NCBI GenBank assembly: GCA_009602735.1
Contig: WELA01001856.1
Coordinates: forward strand, 9,272 to 60,563
DNA length: 51,292 nt
Direction of reading: 5' to 3'
Source: Mesotaenium endlicherianum
Lineage: Eukaryota
Part shown: positions 1-12,000 of the stretch, one piece after another
Numbering within the stretch: the stretch's first letter is position 1
How the letters are laid out: every line of letters begins with the position of its first letter
Made by a program: the position numbers and the translations under genes
Notes under the pieces: model-generated
Databases searched by the model: none
Told to the model about the DNA's origin: nothing
Seen by the model: only the letters and a program-made list of their open reading frames with translations

Positions 1-492
1 AGATAGATAAAGTACTTAGTAAAACAGAATACTTTATCTATTCAAGACAAGGATCTTTGAACACAAGTGGTAGCTTCTTGAAAGAGAGATGGCTTCTTGA
101 AAGTTAATATATTTTTGGATTTAGGCAAGTACAAGAGTGATTCTCGAATGTCTTTCTATGTTCTAGCTCTTGTTTATATACTTTCTACATAAGTAATTTC
201 TAGGAAGGTGTATGTTGATGTGTTGGCACCCAACACATCCCAAAACTTGCCACCTCTTTCTAGAATAATGTACACATGTCCTTTTGACCCAAAAATGGCA
301 CATCTGACTTTTGCCACATGGAGTTCTTCTAGGTCTTTCCTCTAACTTCGAAAATGCCTTGGAAGGTTCAAAGGACATGAACCAAGTTACTAGAGTACCT
401 ATTCACACTTGACTCCACACAATACTACTCCAAATATATTTGAAATCATTAAAATATATGCGAACTAATACATAATAACTCAAATCGCTACA
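1..492 (-). mobile_element. LTR of Gypsy family A (cut by window edge), inserted into the accessory region of element B
   Basis: Near-exact reverse complement of the LTR at 29174-29672. Begins TGTAGCGATTTGAG on the minus strand at 492. Family B sequence resumes at 493 (TCTTGGCTCCTTAGG, uninterrupted in the copy near 44094). Confidence 0.9.
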
Positions 493-1791
493 TCTTGGCT
501 CCTTAGGAAGCCCTGCTCGTGCCTGCCCCGGGATCTGCTGAGTATCAGCTCCTGGTGCTTCTCCTCTGCCTTGTTCTTCTTCCTCATCCTCCTCATCTTC
601 CTCCTCTGAGAGGGTAGGAGTCGCGTCCAGTAAGTCGTCCTGCTCCCTGGTAGACATGGAGAAATCTACTGACCTCCTTTTCTTAGGGCGAGGTCGAGGT
701 TGCTTGGCCTTCAGCCTGCTGATAACTATTTAGCCTGCATTCTTCACCCATCTGACGAAGGCATGCTTTCCCTTAGAGGAGTAGTCTCTCCCCCTCCTCC
801 TGTGCTCTTTGGTCTCCGCATACATATTACGCAGGCAGCCATTCAGCCTGGGGTCCCAAGGGGCAATGAGAGGTGGTAGGATGAGGTAGCCGTCTAGTCT
901 ATAGTGGAAGTCGTATGGTTGGGCTCGGTCACACTCCTGCTTTTTGTTGGTGACGGTCATCCACCTCCAGTCTGTGGGGTGCTGGTAGTACTGGGGTCCA
1001 TGCTGAGCCTTTCTTAGATTACAAGGGAACCAGTGGAGAGAGAACATCTGCTGTCCTGCTTCTCTGGCCAAGTACTCCCAGCTCCTCCTCTCAACTTCAT
1101 TGTTAGCTGGCAGTAGCGTGAGATAGAATACCGTATCCTCAAAGCTATCTGGCTGCATGCTCACCATCCTGATGAGTCTCTGATCTCCTACTATTCCCGG
1201 TACTGGATCTGGCTTGTTCTCTGAATCAGCTACAAGGTACCGGGCCAGCTCTGCTGTATAGCCCACCATCTTGGCATAATCTTCGTAGAGGACCACAGCA
1301 GTGTGTGTCTTAATGTACCTATCTAGTGCTGCAGCTCCTTCCCTCTGTAAAAGTGTTGTTTGTTCCAGCTTGTTGATCTCCTGGGCTGCCAGTAATGCTT
1401 CCTTCAGGTTATCAAAGGTTTGGCCACCCACCACAGTATATCTGTATGTGGCCAAGCTCTTTCGGCTGTCTGCTTCAGCCTTCTTCCTTCTCTCCTCCTC
1501 AGCCTTCGCCGCTTCTTCTTGTTGTTTCTTCTGTCTCTCCTCCTCAGCCTTCGCCGCTTCTTCTTGTTGTTTCTTCTATCTCTTCTCCTCAGCTTTCCTG
1601 AGGTTTTCCGCTTCTTGCTCCTTCTTCCTCTGTGCTTCTTCTGCCGCCTCTTGTTGTCTGCGGACCCTTTCTTGTTCTCCCCTGGTGAGGGACGTCGCCG
1701 CCAGCTCCTTCTGGTATTGCTCCATCGTCCTCTTGGCTTCTTCTGCCTTATGCTTTTTGTCTTCCTTTGTGTGGTGGGAGCCATCCTGCAC
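493..1791 (-). pseudogene. Accessory ORF region of family B downstream of pol (coiled-coil + unknown globular segment + acidic tail)
   Basis: ORF-track segments 1576-1791, 730-1455 and 403-657 share one frame and are separated only by single stops. Homologous sequence at 50711-50950 and 44094-44188. Confidence 0.7.
1491..1596. repeat. 45-bp coding tandem repeat (~2.3 copies) encoding an E/K/Q/A-rich coiled coil
   Basis: TCTCCTCCTCAGCCTTCGCCGCTTCTTCTTGTTGTTTCTTCT(G/A)TC at 1491 and 1536, with a partial copy at 1581. Confidence 0.9.
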
Positions 1792-2147
1792 ATGTAACTA
1801 GGGCAATTTAGTAGTATCTCGATCTTTGGCACAAGAGTTGCAGGAAAGGAAGCAATTTTGTATTATTATGGTAGATTTGTTCCCGTTTACCTTACAGGAT
1901 GATTGCTAGGAGTTTACGTAGTTGCGGTGCGCTAGAAATAAACGTATGAATGTGTTTAAGGTGCGTTAAGTAATGTATTGCTGTGCGAGTCCCTTTTTCA
2001 TTCCGCCAAAGTTGTTTTATGTGGGCCAGGCTGTCCCATCTGTCACTATGCTAACACTAAGAATTCACATAACCGTCCCTTTCTCGCTTTCGCACACTAA
2101 CTGTTATATATTTTCCCCTCCCACTTAAGTGCAGACATGACCTCCTG

Positions 2148-5100
2148 TCACCATCCCGTGTCAACTGAAATGAAAATTAGGGAGGGGCTCCAGCCGTCCA
2201 AAGGTGGAACCGTTGCAACGCCCCTTTGGCATTGGTCAAAATGGTCCTTAAATTCCCAAGTATCCCTAGAGGCGTCGTAACATTTCCATCGGATCAAATA
2301 CTTCATGACATATTTAGATGATCGACGGACAAAGCGAACTTCTAAATTTTCCCGAACCTCATATTCCTTAGGGTCACCATCCATGACAGCGAAGACCGGT
2401 CCCGATTGGACAGGTAACCAACCCGTGAACAGTGTGTCACCTTTGATGTACGGTTCCAGGAACAAGACATTAAAGACTGGGTGACCCTTGTATTCCGCTG
2501 ACATGTTCAGTTTGTAAGCATTCTGACCGACACAACGCACCACCGAGTATGGACCGACCCAGACCAGACCAAGCTTTTTCTTGACCACATTAGGTAGGTA
2601 CAGGTGTTGAGAATGCAGTTGACCAAATCGCCCTTAGAAAATGTCAGCTCTCGACGGTGCTGATTAGCGTAGTTTTGTTGATTTTGTTGGACTTTGTGCA
2701 AGGTTGATTGGACTTCTGATAAAGTGTTGGCAAACTCCTGAGTTAACTGGAGAGACACGGAATTGTCAATCTCCTCTGGGTGAGTTAAAGACTCCCCTAG
2801 CACATCTGAAGAAGACTTAGGGACTCTACCTAAACTAAGTTCAAAAGGGGTCTTTCCCGTTGACGCGTGCACCGCACTATTGACTGCAAACTGAATTTGA
2901 GGCAACAGGTCATCCCAATCGTCTTGTTTTTGGTTAATATATGCTCTCAGCACCTCTTGCGGAACTCTGTTAGTTCTCTCAGTCTGCCCATCAGTCTGAG
3001 GGTGGTTTTCTGTGCTGAGCAGCTGTTTGACTCCCATCAACCCCATTAAAGCTCTCCAGAATTTAGAGGTAAATTTTGCGTCTCTGTTTGAGATGATATT
3101 AGAGGGTAGCCCATGTTGGCATACTACATGGTTGTAGAACTGTCTCGCAGTTTCGAGTGCAGTTACTTTGACGTTTGTGGGGATGAAAATGACCATTTTA
3201 GTCAGTTTATCCATGAATATCAGTATCGAATCATGCCCATTGGCAGTTCTTGGTAGAGTTACCACCCAGTCCATGAATATCGTTTCCCAGCGTCCTGCTG
3301 GGATGGGCAGTGGTTGTAAGAGACCCCCGGGTGGTGTGTGCCTAGACTTTTTCCTCTGGCACTGATCACAGGACTTAACATAGTTTAAGACCTCCCGAGG
3401 CAACCCATGCCGATGATAATGTTTTGCCAGTTTGCCAACAGTTTTGGCCTGCCCGAATGCCCACCCAGTGAATTGTCATGTGCGTGACTCCGTAAGAGTG
3501 TTAGTAGGAATGACCAACTTCAGCCGGCCTGAAGCGGTTTCAGTCACCGAGACCCCTCCCTTAAGCCTATACCCGAGTGCAGTAGCAGGACACATACCAT
3601 CCGTGGGGCTGGGCTCAAATGTTGGGTCAGAAAGGTAGGCTTCCTAAGTTATTCAAGGAAGGACTTTTTGACCTTTAGTGAAGTGAGTGCAAAAAGGACT
3701 TCATCTACAGCATGCTGGCTAAAGTTCCTTTCTCGCAAGTCAGGTCTTCTGGAGAGTGCATCAGCAGGGATTTGTAGTCAATCTGAACTTGGAATTGCTC
3801 CAGCATCTGGCTCTAGCGGTTCTTCCTCCTCAACAGCTTGACTTCTTCTTAAAGTGAGTCACAGCTAAATGATCTGTAATCACCTTCAAAGCTTTACCAT
3901 GTAAGTATGCTCTCCACTGTTTGAGCAAGCAATTCATTATAGCAAGCAATTCATTATCATGCACATAATAGATAATTTCAGCTGGGTTGAATTTCATAGA
4001 CTCATACAGCACAGGGGGCCACTCCTGCCGTACCTTACCCTCCTTTGTGGTTTGGTCAGCAGGCTGCAACAAAATAGCACCCATGGCAAAGTCAGAAGCA
4101 TCAGTAACCACCTGCACAGGTTTGCTGGGGTCATACACGGCTAGGACTGGGGCAGAACAAAGAGCATCTTTAAGGGTCTGGAAGGCAACCTGTTGCTCTT
4201 CCCCCCACACATACCCTACATCTTTCTTAGTGAGGTCAGTTGGTTCACTCTTTGCTCTCCACATAAGACAAGCCATAAGTACGTTGCCAGGGTGGCTGAC
4301 TCCCAGGTAATCGATCAATCCTATGATCTACTTCCCTCTTAGGGGTAAGTCCTGGAGGCATATTAAAAACATCAGCATACTGCGCAACAATTTTTGCAGC
4401 ATTAGGGTGCTCCGGAGGGCTTACCTTTTTCTCGACCACTTCTTCACGTTGAGGAGGTACCTCTCTTAGCAGCAGACAAAACATTTTATCTTTCTTCTCG
4501 TTCCAGCTTTTGACGAATTCCATTGCATTCAGCAATTTGCATCCTTCTAGAAGCCTCTTCTTTTCCTTCATTTGCCATCCATACAAGACAAGAGGAAGAG
4601 CACTGGTGGGTGCCAAGTTAGTCTGCCCATCGCTGGCTCCTCTCACTTTAACTGTACCCCTGCTCCATCACACTTCAGCTTGATGTCTATTAAGCCAGGA
4701 CCTGCCTAGCACGAGATCATAAAAGCCAGTGTTGAGTAACTCAAACGTAAGCGTTTCAGTTAGAACTGCAATGCCAGAACCTAACTGGACCTCAATGCGC
4801 TTGGTTATAATTCCTCCCGGGATACTTGAGGCATCTCCAAGGAATATTTTTCTATTCTCTTTGGTGACAGTAGGCAGCCTTAGCCGCTTAAGTAAGTCCT
4901 TATGGATAAAAGTATGTGACGCCCCTCCGTCAACAAATGCCCTCACCTTCTTACCTGCAATCATGCTATGCAGTAGGATAGGGGGGACTGTCTTTTCCTG
5001 ACTTTCGCATTGTTTTCCTGACTTAGCAAAGAAATGTTGGACATCAGGTGGAACAAGATCAGCCAGAGTGTGCACTCTCAGGTCGTCTATATTGCTGATG

Positions 5101-5333
5101 GTCTCCTTTATCTGGTTGTCAGGCGTGCATAGTGAATCCAGTTCAGCAGGACCCATAATACCTGCTGCGAGGGCAGCTAGTGACGAATCACTATCTCTAG
5201 CATCCTCACAGTCAGTAGACTGGATTACTGACTGCTGTTGTCTTTTAAGGGATGGTCCTTTCTCTCGACCTTTGGAAGGTGCTTGACTGGACACTGCTCT
5301 CTGAAGTGGCCCATTTGCTGGCAATGGAAGCAA
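2148..5333 (-). pseudogene. pol: pol of element B (protease, RT core deleted, RNase H, integrase, chromodomain)
   Basis: Protease FVDGGASHTFI; RNase H VVTDASDFAMGAIL; integrase CDQCQ and HPQTDGQTER; chromodomain EYEV...YLIRWKCYDASRDTWE. Contains frameshifts and stops. Confidence 0.9.
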
Positions 5334-6657
5334 ACAGACTTTGCTGAGCGTGGCCTCGGCTTAGTCCTACCACCACCTCTTCCATAGCCACCTCGAGAGT
5401 AACCACCTCTCCCTCTAGACTGTATAGCATAATACTCATACTCGTACTCATTACCCTGATCATCCTCAGCCTGGTGTCCTTCAATTGCATTGTAGGAACC
5501 GTGAGGCTTTTTGACAATCTTAGACATCAAAGCATTACCCTGGCGCTTGAGATTGAAGTGCTGCTGATCCCGGGCATCAGCATCCTGGATCAAGCCAGCC
5601 AGTTTCTCATATTTCTTTTCAGCAAAATGACCTGAGACCTCGGATTTCAAGCCATACCTGAAGTATGCTATCCTATCCGCTCTGGCAAGTCGGGCTTTTT
5701 CATCATGTTTTTTTGGAACTTCTGAGCAGACTCAGCAACTGAAGTGGTCTGCTTCAGTGTCAAGGAGATCATCGCATAGATAGCTTTTTCCTGCTGATTG
5801 ATGACATCAAATTTCTCATGCAGTTTCTCGACAAAATCTACCCAAGTAGGGTCACTGAGTTGCTGAGCCTTACGCTCTACTTTCCAATAGAGCCACCAGT
5901 CTGCTGCACTGCCTTTCACTAGAGCACCAGTGTGCCTGACCTTCTCGTAATCCTGCAGCTCTGGGTAGTTCACCAGCCACTGCTCAACATCAGCGAGAAA
6001 CTTGATCAGGTAATACTTTCTGTTTCCTTCAGGATCATAGTCCTAGGGAGGTTTAGGCTTACTAGGTCCTCTGCCACCACCACCAGTGGTTGAAGAACCC
6101 AGTTGGTCTCTGTCCTGCAGCAGGGACATTATGATTCTTTTGTCCTCCTCTTGAGACTGATACATGCTCGCCAATTGCGATTGCATTTGCACATACAATG
6201 CTCCCAAATCTACACTCTGAGGTGGGAGTCTAGCAACTGCAGCAGCAGCAGTGGCATCCACTCGCTGAGGAGTGTCCCCAGTAGTCCCTCTCGCTTCTGC
6301 AGCAGCAATTTCTGCCGCATTCAGCCGGTCACGAATTTGACCTAGGGGTACATTGAGTTGTACAGCAGGAGGTGGGTTCAGAACATTGGCCCTTGTTGCC
6401 ATAAGATCCTCTACAGTGCGCTCGTTCGCTGGCTGTCCTTCCCTCCTTTCTGTATCATCAGTAGCTTTTGCTAATCGGTCAGCTTCTAATTTGACTCTCT
6501 CCTCTTCGGCCTGTTGTGCTGCAACCGCAGCAACAGGTGCTGCCTCTTCTGCAGCTTCTCTAGGTGCAATATCTGCCACTGCTTCAGAGTAGGTACGGGT
6601 TCCCGCTACATGGCTTTCAGCCTGGTTTTTGACATTCTCGTTATCCTGGTTCTCCAT
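5225..6657 (-). pseudogene. gag: gag of element B
   Basis: Capsid-like KGSAADWW...TWVDFVEKLHEKF and zinc knuckle CFHCQQMGHFREQC. Broken by a stop and a frameshift. Confidence 0.88.
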
Positions 6658-6717
6658 GCCTCGGGAGTTGCTAGTTTAAGACCTTGTCCTTACCGTACAA
6701 GGAAGACTACGATAAGT

Positions 6718-6729
6718 GCTTCGATACCA
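6718..6729 (-). promoter_or_regulatory. Primer-binding site of element B (tRNA-Met-like)
   Basis: TGGTATCGAAGC on the minus strand, 1 nt from the LTR end. Confidence 0.8.
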
Positions 6730-6730
6730 C

Positions 6731-7340
6731 TGAACTGAATCGACTTACCCAAATAAACGATTAATTATTAATGAAGACGTTTATATCAACAAGTAATCTT
6801 CATGGAATTTTTTGTTAACTAATTAAACAGCAAAAGACAACACACTAGCAGTGGACAATACTCGTAAGTCAAATGCAAGTAAACTAGCATCAATGATGCA
6901 ATCAGTAAACTCATACATAGGCAAGGCCAGAAGACAGTGCATATCAATGGCTTCTCGTCTTGGATTCAAATCTCTCTCAGTAAGCTGTACAAGAGAGTTG
7001 ACCTCGTTTCCGAATGCCGAACTCAAGAGCAATAGCTAGCATATATACATGGAATGAGTTTACTGTTCAACGGCAAGTGCATTGGCACCGCCTATCGGGG
7101 AGTTAACCACGCTGGCAGGACCTCAGTTAACCAAATCCACCGCCATCTCCCATCATCCCGAATCGCCATCTATCCTAGGGATGTCATCTGGCCATTCATC
7201 TAGCATACCACACTTCGATGCATATCTAGGCAATTCGCTGCTACCGAGTACAGAAGTCAGCTGGCTCTCAAAGAATGTGTCAGCAAGCTGACTTCATGTT
7301 GACTTCAGCTTGCTGCTTCGGGCTGATTCATTAAACTGAT
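6731..7340 (-). repeat. 5' LTR of element B (outer ~110 bp missing)
   Basis: Homologous to 42849-43430. Similarity stops at ~7340. Confidence 0.85.
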
Positions 7341-7361
7341 ATTTTGACAGATTGGCCAAGT

Positions 7362-7465
7362 GGTCACCCATGCCCATCTTGTCCTGCGCTTCGGTCGCTT
7401 ATCATACTTTCTGGTTTAGGTTTCGAGCGGTCACCCATCCCAGTATTGCCGGTCGGTCGCTTATC
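7362..7465 (-). promoter_or_regulatory. Two tandem 5S-rRNA internal-control-region-like motifs in the leader of D
   Basis: Minus strand reads GATAAGCG-N14-CAAGATGGGCATGGGTGACC (7362-7403) and GATAAGCG-N9-CAATACTGGGATGGGTGACC (7429-7465). Confidence 0.6.
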
Positions 7466-7987
7466 ATTTTTCTCTGTGTTCCAGCACTACCGCGGCTGCC
7501 CTATTTAGATCAATACTGGTGCCGATGCTGCTGCTGTATTACTCGCTAGCACCGAAAACATCCTCAACGGTCCCGTAGGCCAACTAGGCGCTGGCGGCGT
7601 TTTGCCAACTGAACCCCTTTCTCCACGAGAGAATTTTTGCTGAAATTAACAACGCCGCTTGATTCTTTTTCAGGGCGTGGAGCCCAGGTTTTGTGGAAGC
7701 TTGTTGGGTCCACCTTAGACTTTTGTGGTGAAGAGCGCCTGTTCCTTCAGCCCGTCGCACACAAAAGCCCCTTTGCACACAAAAGGGGTTCAGGAAGGAC
7801 TTCCTTTCTGTTTCCCACCCATCCCACCCAACATGTGTTTTTGGATTCTATGCGTGTTTTTCGATGTGGACAAGGGATTTTTGCCAAAGAGTCTTTCCCA
7901 TGACATTGTCGCACTTGTCATTCTCCGGAAATAGACTCGCGCACAATTTTGTGTTTCAACCACATTGTCGTCCATACGTGTTGACGT

Positions 7988-8907
7988 TGTAACGTTTCTG
8001 CTTTTCAAGAGGATCTTTCCTCTGTATTCAAGGAGTATTTAATTAAAGTGGAAAGAAAATCTGCATACTTGTGCGAATTGACAAATACTTGAGAAAAAAG
8101 CGGAAATGAAAACTAACGTAGTGTGTGCTTGTGAGAGTTGCACTCACAATGACTCTTGCGAGTATTTATATTTGCAAATCGTGAGGCACTGGAGTGCTTC
8201 GAGTCACCACCTAGGGCACTTGTTCAAGTTCAATGAAAAAGGTCGTAGGGGTACGACCCATTCAGCCGAATGCTCGAAACGCGCCGTTTGGGGGTTTGGA
8301 GACTCTCCAACGATTTTCGAAAAACCGTTTCACGCCAAACGGGCGTTTTCGCGTTCGCGCGACTTTTGAAAAGTCGCGACCGTTCGCGGAGTCGCGTACA
8401 AATGCTTTCGTCATGAACCGGGAGTTATAAGTAAGTACTTCGCCAATCGGTTAGCTGTGAACGTTTCAAACGACGAGTTGCGGGTTCGAATCCGCTCGGA
8501 TGCAAAGTCGCTTTGCATATTATGTGTCGTTTGACTTCTACGACTGTTTCTTCGTATTAACGACTGGTCGAAAATGCGAAATCTATGACTGTGCATCATC
8601 CGAAATAATGACAATCATATCAACTTAATCAATCCGAGATTTATTAAGTTATCATCTCATAGTTAGCCAAAGTAACTTTATGAATAATTACGTTGTACTT
8701 TTGCAAAGTAGTCAAGTTACGTTACGACGCTTTTTGCAATAGTATCTCGGTCGTTTCGCCAATTACCAGGAATTAATCGGCACACGCGTGTGGCGAATAA
8801 TTGAATATGATGCAATCATTTATCGAATGATATGATAAATAGTATAACGTACTTTAGGTAATTGGAAAAACGTCCCAAATACGCCTAAAATAGCTGGGAT
8901 CGTTACA
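7988..8907 (-). repeat. 3' LTR of element C
   Basis: Direct repeat of 14664-15578. Adjacent PPT at 8908-8919 (AGGGGGGAGGAG on the minus strand). Confidence 0.95.
8433..8504 (+). promoter_or_regulatory. tRNA-like A-box/B-box module inside the C LTR
   Basis: TCGCCAATCGGTTAG (A-box/D-loop-like), then a consensus B box GGTTCGAATCC (8483-8493) in a GCGG/CCGC stem at tRNA-like spacing. No good acceptor stem. Confidence 0.6.
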
Positions 8908-9046
8908 CTCCTCCCCCCTAAAAGAACTTAACGTCCTCGTTAAGCGTACGTCTTCCAAGTCTGAATGTGTCCATATTAGCCTTGAGTAGCGGAAAACATT
9001 GGTGAACGATTGGACTATGCATCATCACAGTGACAGAAAAGAGCGA

Positions 9047-12000
9047 TTATTTGGCCGCGTCTCTTTTGCCTTTGTGCCATGGTTTACGAAGAGCGCTTGA
9101 TAGCACACCTACCTCGGCACATAGGTCTTGAGCTTGAGCCCATCCTAACCAATATCTTTGAACTAAGTCCTTACAATTAAGGAGGATCTCATCCTGAGCT
9201 TCATACGAATTCCAACTAGAATCGTAATCTAGCCATAAATCCAAAAGCTCCACTCTGGGAGGCCAGGTATAGCGATGTCCTAAGAATTCCTCTACATCCC
9301 AGGCCTTATTATCATTGTCGACTTCCAATGCTGGTGCTTGCGGCTGATAGCGACCATCAGACCTAAACAATTTTAGTAAACTGACATGGAACACAGAATG
9401 CATTCGCCCCATGGATTTAGGCAAATCCAGTCGGTATGCAACAGGTCCAACCTTTGCAATAACGGAAAAAGGGCCTACCCAACAAGCCAGAAGCTTGCAC
9501 TTTCCCGGGTGCTTGAGTTGTAGGTTTTTAGTTTGCAAAAGTACTTTATTGCCAACTTGAAAACTTAACTCAGTCCTGTGCGTGTCAGCAAACGTTTTTT
9601 GTCGGTCTCGAGTAGCGGCCAAGGCCCACTTCGCGATTTTGTGCACCTGTTGAAGAGAATGGCAAAATAGGAGTGCACTTGGTACTCTCATGGTTGACAT
9701 CCCCACCTGACCTTGAACGACTTGTGTCAGGGGAGTGTGCGAATGTTGCCCATAGTTAAGGAAAAATGGAGTTCTCTTGACACTTTCCTGATAAGCATTA
9801 TTAACTGCGAACTCTGCAACTGAAAGGAGGGCGTCCTAGTTGTCTTGGCGAGGATTCACATCATGCCTAAGGAATTGTTGCAGAACGCGGTTCAAGCGCT
9901 CTGTCTGACCATCGGTCTGAGGATGGAAGCTAGTTGACATCTTAAGGTTCGTGCCAAAATGCGAGCGAACTTCCTGCCAGAAGTGGCTCGTAAATCTACT
10001 ATCACGATCACTTATGATTTCTTTCAGCATACCATGTAACTTGACCACGTGATCCACGAAGAGACGTGCGGTCTCGACTGCATCAAGTGATGGTTTAGTG
10101 GCCACAAAGGTGCACCATCTTAGTGAAACGATCCACGATCCTTAACACCCCATTGTGTCCTGTATCGGTGGTAGGCAATCCCACGACAAAGTCGAGACTT
10201 ATGCTTTCCCAAGGAGCACATGCAAGTTCCAATAGTTGCAACTTCCCAACTGGCAACGTATTGCTCGGCTTATTCCTCTGTTATGTTGCGCAGTTGACGA
10301 TGTACTCAGCAACATCAACCTTGAGAGACGGCCAAATGTACCCTCGGCGCAAAGCGTGTGTGGTTTTGGTAATTCCATGATGACCAAAGTAAGGAGAGTC
10401 ATGGGCTTCTCGTAGTAGCTCATGTCTTACTCGGCTTTCTGGGACAGCAATGCGCCCATTGTGCCACCAAAAACCGTCCTCAAACATATAGTCTGAGTGT
10501 TCATTCCTTTTATCCATATTGTCCATCGTCTCGGCTACACCGCTCAAGTCAGTACCCTGGAGATCTAGGAAAAACGGATCTTTGAGATAGCCTTCATGAA
10601 ATAGTTGATGCAAGTCAAGTACTTCAAAGGTTTGCATGCTACCCAAATCGGGTTGGCCCGCGTCACCAGGCCGTGCAACGCCAGCCGTCTGGGGGGGTAC
10701 AGCAGAATCAAGGGTGGCCGCCCTTGAAACCTGACCGGTTTGTCCTTGCAAACTAGCAACAGTCTCCAACATCAAGTGGTGAAGGGGAATGTAACTTAGA
10801 GGGTCCGCAACATTATTGCGACCAGGGCGATACGCCCGATTAAAGTGGAATCGTTGCAAAAACTCAGGCCATCTCGTCTGGCGCCTCGATAGCGTTGGCT
10901 GTATTTAAAAGAAGGTATTTGGGCAGTGATCCGTAACCACTGTCAAACCCTTGCGGCCTTCCAAATAACATCGCCAAGTCTTTAAAGCGTATATGACTGC
11001 CCAGAGCTCCTGCTCTGTCGTTGAGTATTTTTGTTCGGCAGGTGTCAGCTTTTGACTCTCAAAGCCGATAGGCTTGCCTGCTTGCAGCAGAACAGCCCCT
11101 ATTCCAACACCAGATGCATCGGCGACTACCTCGTAAGGCAAGTCGGGATCGGCTAATGAAAGAAGTGGCGCATGAGTGAGTGCATACTTAATGCGCTCGA
11201 ACGCAATCTGCGTAGTCTCATTCCAAATGAACGTCTTATTTTTCCTGGTCAGAGCAGTGAGTGGCGCGGCCATCACTGAGTAACCTTGCATAAACTTACG
11301 AAAGTAGTTTGCAAACCCAAGGAAGGAACGTACAGTATGCACATCTTTCGGGACAGGCCAATCTGCGACACACGCAATCTTGGCTTGATCAGGGCGCACC
11401 CCTTTCGAACCCACTATATGTCCGAGGTACAACAGTTCATCCTTCAGGAAGGAACAATTCTTGAGCTTAGCACACATGTGTTGCTCACGAAGGATTTGCA
11501 ACACCAATTCAAGGTGCTTGTAATGCTCGTCCTTGTTCTTTGAATAGACCAAGACATTGTTGAGGTAAACCTGGACGAATTTCCCCAAGTAAGGTCTAAA
11601 CAAATCGTTCATCGTACTTTGGAATGTCGCTGGTGCATTGGTAAGTCCAAAACTTAGGACTTTGTATTGGAAGTGCCCAATAGGCGTCCGAAACGCTGTC
11701 TTGGGGACATCCTCAGGTGTGATTCGTGTCTGATGATAGCCTTGGGCTAAATCAAACGAGGAGAACACACAGGCCCCCGGCAGCGAATCAAACAAATCAT
11801 CAATGCGAGGCAACAAATAGCGGTTCTTGACCGTTATATTGTTCAACGCACGATAACCAATGCACATTCCAAGCGTCCCATCTTTCTTTTGAACAAATAG
11901 GATGGGCGCCCCAAATGCAGAAGAGCTCGGCTCAATCCATCCTTTCGCAAGCAAATTGCTAAGTTGGTCCTTCATTTCGTTCATTTCCAACGGAATGAGG

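Larger units (their letters stand above)
493..7340 (-). mobile_element. Ty3/Gypsy chromovirus, family B copy 1 (decayed; 3' end outside window)
   Basis: Order on the minus strand: LTR, PBS, gag with CCHC knuckle, protease, RNase H, integrase, chromodomain, extra ORF region. Confidence 0.9.

Noticed and set aside
1301..1832. Hydrophobic and Arg-rich ORFs (Env- or protamine-like)
   Set aside because: Alternative frames and antisense readings of the 45-bp coiled-coil repeat.
7640..7987. Continuation of D gag (with 15579-15760)
   Set aside because: No Gag motifs are recognisable. It looks like unrelated non-coding filler and is left unassigned.
8433..8504. Functional tRNA (loop TTTCAAA could read as a UCA/Sec or suppressor anticodon)
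   Set aside because: No proper acceptor or anticodon stem, no long variable arm, and the sister LTR has TTTGAAA.
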